From a virus (taxonomy: Duplodnaviria > Caudoviricetes), in IMG/VR virus record IMGVR_UViG_3300005686_000008: DNA of 64,000 nucleotides. The stretch is one strand, 5' to 3'. The notes below the pieces were generated by a model. The model searched no databases. It was not told the DNA's origin and worked only from the letters and a program-made list of their open reading frames with translations. A program made the position numbers and the translations under genes. Positions 19,399-27,087 of this stretch are shown here, in pieces (the first letter of the stretch is position 1; each line of letters begins with the position of its first letter).

Positions 19399-19638
19399 AT
19401 AGATACTCAGTTGGATAAAGGGAGGATAAATGTTTAGATTTGGAAAGTTTGGTTTTTTGTTAGATTAAAATGGTTCAAATTTTAGGTTTTATATGCTATT
19501 GTTACTGAGTTAGTAGAGAACCGAGAAAAGAGAACAGAGAAATAGAGATTCTGAGCGTTTCAGGGTTTCGAGAAGATGTAGAAGTTAGAAATAGATGAAC
19601 TCAAACAGTTTTAGAGTTCCGAGAAAAGGAGATTAGAA

Positions 19639-20322
19639 ATGAGTAAGCTTATTGGTTGGGGCGATGTTGATAATGGTCCGAAGGGTAAGAAAGGCGGAGG
19701 CACTGATAGCAAGTATTTGAAGTTATCAGGAAGTATTCAGGGAACTTCTTTCCGCATTCGTCCAGTTGGTGATCCCTGTGCATTTTACGCATATTACGTT
19801 GCTAGCCCAGATGACCCAAAGAGGTTCAATAGGGCTATCACAGAAGACCCACAAAACTGCGTTATCGCGCAGAAGTATAATATCGAAGCCAAGCTTCGTT
19901 ATGCTACAAACGTAATCGACAGAGCTGATGGTAAGCTCAAGATTATGGAAGCACCTGCCAGCGTCTTTGAAGCAATCAAGATGTGGGCTAAGGCTGCTGG
20001 TCAAGAACCCGGCGGCAAGGGCGGCGCTGACTTCGAGATTACTGTAAAGATCCCTGCAAACGGGGACAAGAAACGCACTGAGTATAAGACCACTCCGATT
20101 ATTCAGACTCCTTGGACTGATGAGGATAGGGAGGCTGTAAAGATGGTCAATGATGGTAAGCTTTGGGATTTGGAGAAGGAATTTGCTTCAACTCCTCAAG
20201 CCGAGATTGAGGCTAAGCTCTTTGGTCCTAAGAAGACCGCTGCTACTGGTAATGCTCCCGCAGCTCCCGCTGCTGTTGCTGCAAAAGCCGGTCCTGCCAG
20301 CGCAAATGACTTTGGCTTCTAA
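19639..20322 (+). CDS. phage single-stranded DNA-binding protein (gp32-like)
   Basis: SD AAAGGAG; YLKL, RIRPVG, RYATNVIDRADGKLKI, GADFEIT, Ala/Pro linker, acidic-aromatic tail NDFGF; upstream of RecA. Confidence 0.75.
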   Translation: MSKLIGWGDVDNGPKGKKGGGTDSKYLKLSGSIQGTSFRIRPVGDPCAFYAYYVASPDDPKRFNRAITEDPQNCVIAQKYNIEAKLRYATNVIDRADGKLKIMEAPASVFEAIKMWAKAAGQEPGGKGGADFEITVKIPANGDKKRTEYKTTPIIQTPWTDEDREAVKMVNDGKLWDLEKEFASTPQAEIEAKLFGPKKTAATGNAPAAPAAVAAKAGPASANDFGF

Positions 20323-20347
20323 ATAAAACTAACAATCGTTAGTAAAG

Positions 20348-20388
20348 ACGCTGTGGTTGCCCGTATATGCGGGCAACTACAGTCGTTT
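20348..20388. terminator. GC-rich hairpin between convergent SSB and endonuclease genes
   Basis: ACGCTGTGGTTGCCCGTA-TA-TGCGGGCAACTACAG(T)CGT followed by TT. Confidence 0.7.
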
Positions 20389-20853
20389 AATGGCTTCTGC
20401 CATCTCAATTATTTCTTTATCTGTCCAGTCTTTCCTGAACATATTGAACTTGTGCGTAACAAATCTAATGTTTTCTACAACATAGCCACCTTTAGGATCT
20501 ATTCTGTCTATACTCCAGACGTTATCAGGTTTGCCTTTGCGATTAGTTTTCCCCTCTAGGTTCCACATCATCTTTTCTTTTGTAACTTCACATGTCCAGT
20601 TTATTTCTTCTAAGCGATTTAGAACCCAATCTGTAGATAGGTTGTATTGAATGTTCTTCTTTTTGCAATTAAAACGAATGGACATTAGCCTTTTTGAAAC
20701 GGCTCCTTTTTTAGTTCCTTTTCTGTAGGCCTCTATGCGTTTTTTCTCGCACTTTTTGCAGATGCTATAAAGGTATGTAGTCTTGTTCTTTGTTTTTCTT
20801 AAACTAAAGCATGAATCAGGAAATTCATTGTTACATTTGGAGCATTTTTTCAT
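20377..20853 (-). CDS. free-standing His-Me (beta-beta-alpha) endonuclease with N-terminal zinc finger; putative homing endonuclease
   Basis: MKKCSKC...CKKC, SIDRIDPKGGYVVENIRFVTHKFN; the only credible minus-strand gene in the window. Confidence 0.8.
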   Translation of the reverse strand: MKKCSKCNNEFPDSCFSLRKTKNKTTYLYSICKKCEKKRIEAYRKGTKKGAVSKRLMSIRFNCKKKNIQYNLSTDWVLNRLEEINWTCEVTKEKMMWNLEGKTNRKGKPDNVWSIDRIDPKGGYVVENIRFVTHKFNMFRKDWTDKEIIEMAEAIKRL

Positions 20854-20974
20854 ATGATAGTATTTCAAATAAACGCCGTTCAATTCCTTGTGACACGGCG
20901 ATGAATTTTGGTGAATTAACACTGGCCACAGCGTTTTTGTTACGACATAGAGAATAGAGATAAGGAGAATTGAA

Positions 20975-22210
20975 ATGGCGAAAAAGAATTCAGCGATAGC
21001 AAACTTTGAAGGTTTTGATTTCGGCGGCGAAGAGAATCCTACAGAGTTTATTCCAACAGGACATGCAGAACTTGATTACATTATTTCAAGCGGTCTTTTG
21101 AATAATACTGAAGACGAAGTGAATACCGGAGGGCTACCCACTGGTAAGATAGTAATGATATACGGCGGCGAAGGCGGCGGTAAGTCTTCTCTTGCGTATG
21201 CGATTTGCGGTTCAGCGCAAAGAATGGGTAAGATTGCTATTTGGGTTGATGTTGAGAACTCTTTCAGCGAGTCTCTTGCAAAGATTAATGGCGTAGATCG
21301 TTCTAGGCTTGGTCTTAAAACGATGTACGATAAGAAGAATCCAGATAAACCTTTTGATGGCGAATATGCTCTTGATTGCGTAATGGATGCTTGTAAAAAG
21401 GGAGCAGGAGTTGTTGTTCTTGACTCTGTTGCAAGCCTTGTTCCTCGTTATGTAATGGAAAATCCTGCTGAGAAAGATACGATGGCTGCTCTTGCTCGTT
21501 TGCTTGGCAAGACAGTTAATAAGATTGCAAGTCTTGCAGCAGCAAACAATGTTCTTGTTATTTTCATCAATCAACTTAGAATATCTCCCGGGGTTGCATT
21601 CAAGAATCCAGAGGGATATCCCGGAGGCAAGGCAATTGCCCATGCTTCATCTGTTATCCTTAAGTTGAATAAGAAGACGGCTAAGGATTCTTATACATAC
21701 ATTGAAGATGATAATGGAGAGCAAAAGATGATTGCCGGCGCAGCGAATATCTTCATTGAGAAGAATCGTTTTGCTCCTCCTCACTTTGGGGCTATTCAAA
21801 TTCCAATTTACTACGAACACTACTTCCCTCAAGTTGAAGAGACTGTATTTGAGGCAGGTCGTCAGACTAAGACAATATCTGTTCGTAATGGGGTATTTTC
21901 TTGGAATGGCATTAAGAAAGAGGGTAAGAAGGCGTTTATCGCTGAAATCATGGCGAAAAACAAGCTTGATGAACTCGTTGCAGCAATTAGAGAAGATGCT
22001 AGCGAAAGCAAGACAATTCTTCCTACAGCAGTATTGAACTATGAAAAGCATGTTGCCTTTACTGCCAAGAATAAAGAGAAACTTGCAAAGGGAAAGGCGA
22101 AGGCCGATGCTGATGCAAAGAAAGCCGAGAAAGAAAAAGATGTAGATGATATTCTTGGCGGTGGAGAGAGCGAAACGGAGGTTCCGAAAGCCGACAATCC
22201 TGAGTTATGA
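20975..22210 (+). CDS. recA: RecA recombinase
   Basis: IPTG..LD, GGLP.GK, YGGEGGGKSSL, VDVEN, VLDSVASLVP, FINQLR, PGGKA, KNRFAPP; SD AAGGAG. Confidence 0.95.
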   Translation: MAKKNSAIANFEGFDFGGEENPTEFIPTGHAELDYIISSGLLNNTEDEVNTGGLPTGKIVMIYGGEGGGKSSLAYAICGSAQRMGKIAIWVDVENSFSESLAKINGVDRSRLGLKTMYDKKNPDKPFDGEYALDCVMDACKKGAGVVVLDSVASLVPRYVMENPAEKDTMAALARLLGKTVNKIASLAAANNVLVIFINQLRISPGVAFKNPEGYPGGKAIAHASSVILKLNKKTAKDSYTYIEDDNGEQKMIAGAANIFIEKNRFAPPHFGAIQIPIYYEHYFPQVEETVFEAGRQTKTISVRNGVFSWNGIKKEGKKAFIAEIMAKNKLDELVAAIREDASESKTILPTAVLNYEKHVAFTAKNKEKLAKGKAKADADAKKAEKEKDVDDILGGGESETEVPKADNPEL

Positions 22211-22983
22211 TAGTTCATTTTTCAGAAGTAGATCGCAACAAAATCGCAACACTTGCCCAAAAAACATTGTGGGAAGAAGAAAGCGAAGATGTATTTGAAG
22301 CGCTCAAATATCTGAGAGAAGAGAGATGTCTTTCAGATGAAGTAATAAAGGCGTTCCGCTTCGGATACTATCCTCAGAGATTGAAAGCAGAGGGGCATGA
22401 CTGGGCCGGAAGGCTCATCATGCCATTGTATGACCAACATGACAAGTTAATCGTTCTTACATCTAGAGATTTCAGATGTAAGGATAAGACCAAAATGCCT
22501 CACCTTCATGAAAAGTTTGATAAGAAGTTCTTCATGTTTGGTATGAATGTTGCTAAATCAAGTATTATACAAAGACAGAAAGCAATAGTGGTAGAAGGGC
22601 AGTTTGATACGGCCTGCTCTCATACAAAAGGTTTTACTATGGCTGTTGGAATTCTAGGTAGCGCTTTTAGCCCGTATCATCTATGCGTATTATCTAGATA
22701 TTGTAATGATATTTTCTTGTCGTTTGATGCTGATGATTCTGGATTTAAGAATCTGAGTCGTTCTATAAGAATGTATAGAGATTTTGGTTTAGAGTCTTTT
22801 GGTATTCGTTTTATTCCGGTTGTTCTTCCAAAGCATAAAGACCCGGATGAGTTTTTGAAGAAAGAAACACCTGCTGATTATTTGGAACTTCTTAAAGAAG
22901 CAAAAAGCAAAGTTGAAGAACTAGGCGTTCTTAAATACTGCTATAGACTTGCTAGTATGAATAATAAGATAGAGATTGATTAA
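22207..22983 (+). CDS. dnaG: DnaG primase catalytic core (TOPRIM) lacking the zinc-binding domain
   Basis: YL.EER.LS.E.I..F.FGY, GRLIMP, IVVEGQFD, LSFDADDSG, KDPDEF. Confidence 0.88.
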   Translation: MIVHFSEVDRNKIATLAQKTLWEEESEDVFEALKYLREERCLSDEVIKAFRFGYYPQRLKAEGHDWAGRLIMPLYDQHDKLIVLTSRDFRCKDKTKMPHLHEKFDKKFFMFGMNVAKSSIIQRQKAIVVEGQFDTACSHTKGFTMAVGILGSAFSPYHLCVLSRYCNDIFLSFDADDSGFKNLSRSIRMYRDFGLESFGIRFIPVVLPKHKDPDEFLKKETPADYLELLKEAKSKVEELGVLKYCYRLASMNNKIEID

Positions 22984-22992
22984 GGAATAGAT

Positions 22993-23994
22993 ATGGCTAT
23001 CGCTCAACCACCTGAAGTAACAAACATAATGAACGTTCTTAATACGTTTCTGAAATGGAAAAGCCTTAATGGGCCACCAAGAGGTTATACCTCATACCAT
23101 CCGTCCTCGTTTGGTGGATGTCTTCGAAAAGCTCAGTATCAAAGGTATATGGATATGGGTCTAGTTAAGGCTGAAGCTGCCGAGCAAGAGCCTAAGACAG
23201 TCAGAATTTTTGATACGGGTCATAGTATGCATTCTCGTTGGGCGCATTATTTTGAACAGATTGGCGTTCTTAGGGGAGTATGGGAATGCGCTAATGAATG
23301 TTGTCATCTTTGGGATGATAAAGGAGAGTTTATTGTTGGAAATCCGGGGATAGAAAATCCTGCTCTTCCAAGGAAAGGTAGAATGTATGGTCTTGATAAC
23401 AAAATAGGTTGTTTCAGGCCAAAGGTATGCGTTTGTGGTAATACCAAGTTCCGTTATCATGAAATAACAGTTGAGGATAAGGAACTTAACTTTCATGGTC
23501 ACTGCGATCAAATCCTTGATTTTTCACAGTTTGATCCGGGAATGTTCGCAAAAGGCAATAAGGTTGATGTTTTATTTAGAGCAGAAGACTTGCCAAAGAA
23601 GCCAGTTGTCTTAGATATGAAGTCTATAAACTCGTTTTCTTTCAAATCCAAGTTAGAAATGGGTCCATCGCTTGTATATAGGACTCAGTTGGTTATTTAT
23701 TGTAATCTTTTGGATTTGGATTTTGGAGTGTTAATATACGAGAATAAGGATGATTCGAATACTAAAATCTACAAAATTGATAGAAATCCTGAGATGTGGC
23801 TTAAGATCAAGGATCAAGCAAGCAAAATGAATGAAATGGTTGAAGATAAACTCCTTCCGCCTCCTAGACCTGTATCTAAGGAGGACTTTGATTGTAGGTA
23901 TTGTGAATTCCAGTCGATATGTCATAATAGTAAAGCCTGGCAAGATCCAGAACTATTGCAGAAGCGACTGAAGTTTTATGGTACATTAGAATGA
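22993..23994 (+). CDS. Cas4-like PD-(D/E)XK exonuclease
   Basis: PSSFGGCLRK, GHSMH, GHCD, LDMKS, QL.IY, CRYCEFQSIC (Fe-S ligands). Confidence 0.85.
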   Translation: MAIAQPPEVTNIMNVLNTFLKWKSLNGPPRGYTSYHPSSFGGCLRKAQYQRYMDMGLVKAEAAEQEPKTVRIFDTGHSMHSRWAHYFEQIGVLRGVWECANECCHLWDDKGEFIVGNPGIENPALPRKGRMYGLDNKIGCFRPKVCVCGNTKFRYHEITVEDKELNFHGHCDQILDFSQFDPGMFAKGNKVDVLFRAEDLPKKPVVLDMKSINSFSFKSKLEMGPSLVYRTQLVIYCNLLDLDFGVLIYENKDDSNTKIYKIDRNPEMWLKIKDQASKMNEMVEDKLLPPPRPVSKEDFDCRYCEFQSICHNSKAWQDPELLQKRLKFYGTLE

Positions 23995-24006
23995 GGAGTT
24001 TAACAA

Positions 24007-24318
24007 ATGTCGGATACTACAAATGATATTACTCTTTTGAAGGTAAAAGGAGAGGGTAGCTTTCAGGATGATAGGTCTCGTAAGGATTATGTGAAGAGTT
24101 TAGCATCCGCTATTTTAACAGTTATTGGCAAACATGGTCATGCCAAACTTAAAACGGTTGGAGCGTCGTCCGGAAATAACGCTTGGAAAGCAATAATCAT
24201 AGCAAGAGGGGAAGCTTCAAAAAAGGGACTTGACCTTGTGGTTGAGCCGTCTTTTGATAGCGCCTCGTTCGATAGTGGGGAGAAGACTGCGATTGTTCTC
24301 AAAGTTTGTCCCCGATAA
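24007..24318 (+). CDS. spoVS: SpoVS-family (Alba-like) protein
   Basis: LKV..SLASAI, VGASSGNNAWKAIIIARG, GLDLVVEPSF, GEKTAIVLKV parallel SpoVS IGAGALNQAVKAVAIARG..GxDL..PAF..ERTAI. Confidence 0.85.
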   Translation: MSDTTNDITLLKVKGEGSFQDDRSRKDYVKSLASAILTVIGKHGHAKLKTVGASSGNNAWKAIIIARGEASKKGLDLVVEPSFDSASFDSGEKTAIVLKVCPR

Positions 24319-24330
24319 GGAGATGTAGCA

Positions 24331-24969
24331 ATGTACGATGAAGAAGAAGTTGGCATGTCATTCTTGAAACTTAATGATATTCTAAGTGGAAATCAATCGC
24401 TAACAGACAAGTATGATATTGAACCAGTGCTTTCTGCAATGTCTCAAATGGAGAAGAAGGTTGAGTTTTTGAAAGAACTCAAAAAGAGAAGAGCTTCTCT
24501 TATTGATGAGCAGATTGCCGCTGAAGAAGCAAATATTGAAAAGCTTTGCGATGCCATTAAAAACTGTATGGCGTTGAATAAGGCAAAAACCCTTGACTTC
24601 CCTGGTGTTGGCAAGGTTTCTATTCGTAAGACAAAGGGAACCTGGACGGTTGTTGATGAGAATGGGTTACGTTCTCATCTTGAGTCTCTTAATAAGTTTG
24701 ATGATGTTTCTGAGGAAACTTGGAGATTCAAGAAGAAAGAACTCAATAAGGTTCTCGATGAACTTGAAGCCAATAACAACGCTTCAGATCATGTAAAGAG
24801 AGAGTCTGAAAAAGAATCGCTTAGCATATCATATGCTAAGGATAATTCTAGTGATGTTCCAGTTGCAGCTCCAGTTGCAGCTCCAGTTGCAGTTCCGGTT
24901 GCAGTTCCGGTTGCAGTTCCGGTTGCAAGGCCGTCTCCTGTTAAATCTTCAGATTCTTTAGTAATTTGA
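24331..24969 (+). CDS. Gam/Gp157-like DNA-end-protecting protein with PVA-repeat tail
   Basis: Coiled-coil N-terminus, KTLDFPGVGKVSIRK, FKKKEL. Confidence 0.6.
   Translation: MYDEEEVGMSFLKLNDILSGNQSLTDKYDIEPVLSAMSQMEKKVEFLKELKKRRASLIDEQIAAEEANIEKLCDAIKNCMALNKAKTLDFPGVGKVSIRKTKGTWTVVDENGLRSHLESLNKFDDVSEETWRFKKKELNKVLDELEANNNASDHVKRESEKESLSISYAKDNSSDVPVAAPVAAPVAVPVAVPVAVPVARPSPVKSSDSLVI
24856..24927 (+). repeat. six tandem 12-bp repeats G(T/C)TCC(A/G)GTTGCA encoding (V/A)PVA
   Basis: Directly visible in the sequence. Confidence 0.95.
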
Positions 24970-24971
24970 TT

Positions 24972-25592
24972 ATGTCTCGCGCTATTTTCATTATTGGACC
25001 TCAAGGTTCCGGCTCTTCTGCTTTGGCTGGAGCGCTACATTCTATGGGTATTCATATGGGAGATAAACTGAAAGGTTCTTCCAAATTAAACCCAAAGGGA
25101 CATTTTGAAGATGAAGAATTTGAGGATATAGCATTTCTAGAAAATGCTGATATCAATGATGTATGTAGCAGAGTTGAAGATTACATTAAGAAGAGAAATC
25201 AAAGAGAAATCTGGGGATTGAAGCTCTTTTTCATCCCCGGACTTTTCAAATTTATGTTTCCCAATCTTGATGAATGCAGAGTTTTATCTATAGATAGACC
25301 TCCAGAAGGTTGCATAAAAAGTTCTCTTGAAAAGTATGGTCATTTTAGAAGTAGAGAATCTATAGAGGACATGCATGCTCGCATTAGAAAGAATAGAGAA
25401 AGAATAATAGAAGAGTTTTGTCTTAAGAACTTAGATGTTAACTTCAATAATTTGACAGATAATACGGCCTATGAAATAGGCAGGATAGTTGATTTTTGTT
25501 TTGAAGGAATGCAAAAACCAGAGCAATCCAAGATAGACGAAGCAATTGCTTTTATAGATCCAAAGTTAAACCACAAGAGGGAGAATCTCTGA
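24972..25592 (+). CDS. sulfotransferase-family P-loop protein
   Basis: IIGPQGSGSSALAGAL..MGI.MG, NPKGHFED, WGLK. Confidence 0.7.
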   Translation: MSRAIFIIGPQGSGSSALAGALHSMGIHMGDKLKGSSKLNPKGHFEDEEFEDIAFLENADINDVCSRVEDYIKKRNQREIWGLKLFFIPGLFKFMFPNLDECRVLSIDRPPEGCIKSSLEKYGHFRSRESIEDMHARIRKNRERIIEEFCLKNLDVNFNNLTDNTAYEIGRIVDFCFEGMQKPEQSKIDEAIAFIDPKLNHKRENL

Positions 25593-26377
25593 TGTATGGC
25601 GCTTCCAAAAAGATTAAGGACCAAGAAGAATCTAGGGTTCATCTAAAAGTTCTTTATGATAAGATTCCAGATACTTATGGCTGTATGGAGCATATTTCTA
25701 AGCCAGAATCAGAAGGCGGTTGCGGAGCCTGGTGTTGCAGACTGCAAAATCCTCAAGTATTGTATGCTGAGTTTTTGAATTCTTGGAAGTATATATCTGA
25801 GAATTTTTCAGACAAAGAGTTTATAAATCTCATAGGAAGATGTTTGAGAAAATATCTGTTCCCAACAGAAAGCAACGGCTGTGTTTTGTTTAACGAGGAT
25901 GAAAAGCTATGTTCTCAACATGATACTAGGCCTTTCAACTGTAGGATTTATGGAATAACTCCCGCAGAAGAATTTACGCCAAGATATGAAAGGTTGAAAG
26001 TAATCTATCCAGATACAAAAGAACAATGCAATCTTGTAAAAACAAAAGACGGCAGAGCTGTAACAAAAGAAGACATTGATAATTGGTGGATAGAGGTTCG
26101 TTCTGTTGATATTAGATTGGGAATAAAGCCAGAGTTTATTAATGATGGACAACTCGGTTGCTATAGAACGTATCATGATCATATACTTCTTCATATTTTA
26201 GGAGAAGCTGGACTTTCTATGTTGACTTCTCTTAGGCTGAATTCATCTAGCGAAGACAAAGAGCATGTAATCGCAAGTGTTTTGAAATCTATAGTTAAAA
26301 TGATAGGATCTTTTAAGGGGAATGCCAATGGGCAAGAAAAGAGAGATGCTACCTCCTCGCCGAGTGAAAATAGTTGA
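25592..26377 (+). CDS. YkgJ-family Fe-S/Zn cluster protein
   Basis: GCGAWCC, CVLF...CSQH.TRPFNCRIYG. Confidence 0.75.
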   Translation: MYGASKKIKDQEESRVHLKVLYDKIPDTYGCMEHISKPESEGGCGAWCCRLQNPQVLYAEFLNSWKYISENFSDKEFINLIGRCLRKYLFPTESNGCVLFNEDEKLCSQHDTRPFNCRIYGITPAEEFTPRYERLKVIYPDTKEQCNLVKTKDGRAVTKEDIDNWWIEVRSVDIRLGIKPEFINDGQLGCYRTYHDHILLHILGEAGLSMLTSLRLNSSSEDKEHVIASVLKSIVKMIGSFKGNANGQEKRDATSSPSENS

Positions 26378-26687
26378 AAGTCAATACATAGAGGAAAGCG
26401 ATCTCATCAAGTGGACGCTTGAATACCTTGACGATGGTACTGTGCAGACCTATGTTTGGCCCAGTTGCGACCTACTGAAAGCGCTAAATATAACTAGAAC
26501 AGAGGTCGAACCTTATCATTTGAAGAAGTTTTGCAAAGATATGCTTAATAAAGAAATCAATTTTGTTATAGATAAGGAACCAGAACTACCTCAGCCAAAT
26601 ATCACAAAACAAGAATACAAAGGTTTGAGTAAAGGCCTTTGTGAACATTTCAATGTTTTCAAGAAGTCTGTCGAAAAGGAAAAGTAA
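26322..26687 (+). CDS. hypothetical protein
   Basis: ORF track; in-operon. Confidence 0.55.
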   Translation: MPMGKKREMLPPRRVKIVESQYIEESDLIKWTLEYLDDGTVQTYVWPSCDLLKALNITRTEVEPYHLKKFCKDMLNKEINFVIDKEPELPQPNITKQEYKGLSKGLCEHFNVFKKSVEKEK

Positions 26688-26688
26688 T

Positions 26689-27087
26689 ATGGTTGGCTTC
26701 CTTATTAGAATATTTGGAACAAAAGATTGTGAACGTTGCCAGTCTATCGTAAAAGCATTTGAGTATCATGGCTTTCCTTTTGAATACATTGATGCTGATG
26801 CTCCTGAAAACGAAGAGCTGTGCGACAAGTATCATGTAGATGAGTTGCCTCATGTTCAGGCAATGTATGATGATAACAGTAAGGTTTTTTATACGCATAT
26901 TGGCTATATAAGCCCAATACTCTTTATTGAAAAAGCTCAAGAGCATACAAAACAGTTAGAAGAGTTTTTCAATGCGAATCTTGAGGCTGCATCAAAGAAT
27001 ATTGACATAGAAAGAATAAAGAGGCAGGCAAATGAGTCAAGACCAAGGCCAAAGCCTTGTGCAGGGTGCAAGAAAAATCTTTCTTAA
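26689..27087 (+). CDS. thioredoxin/glutaredoxin-like protein
   Basis: FGTKDCERC, YIDAD, VDELP; second C-terminal CAGC. Confidence 0.7.
   Translation: MVGFLIRIFGTKDCERCQSIVKAFEYHGFPFEYIDADAPENEELCDKYHVDELPHVQAMYDDNSKVFYTHIGYISPILFIEKAQEHTKQLEEFFNANLEAASKNIDIERIKRQANESRPRPKPCAGCKKNLS

Noticed and set aside
19405-19432. DnaA-box-like GGATAA pair suggesting a replication origin
   Set aside because: Each has two mismatches to TGTGGATAA, there are only two copies and no dnaA is in the window. A 5' leader explains the region better.
22993-23994. Cas4-like gene as part of a CRISPR-Cas system
   Set aside because: No repeat-spacer array or other cas genes were seen. Solo Cas4-like nucleases are common in phage recombination modules.
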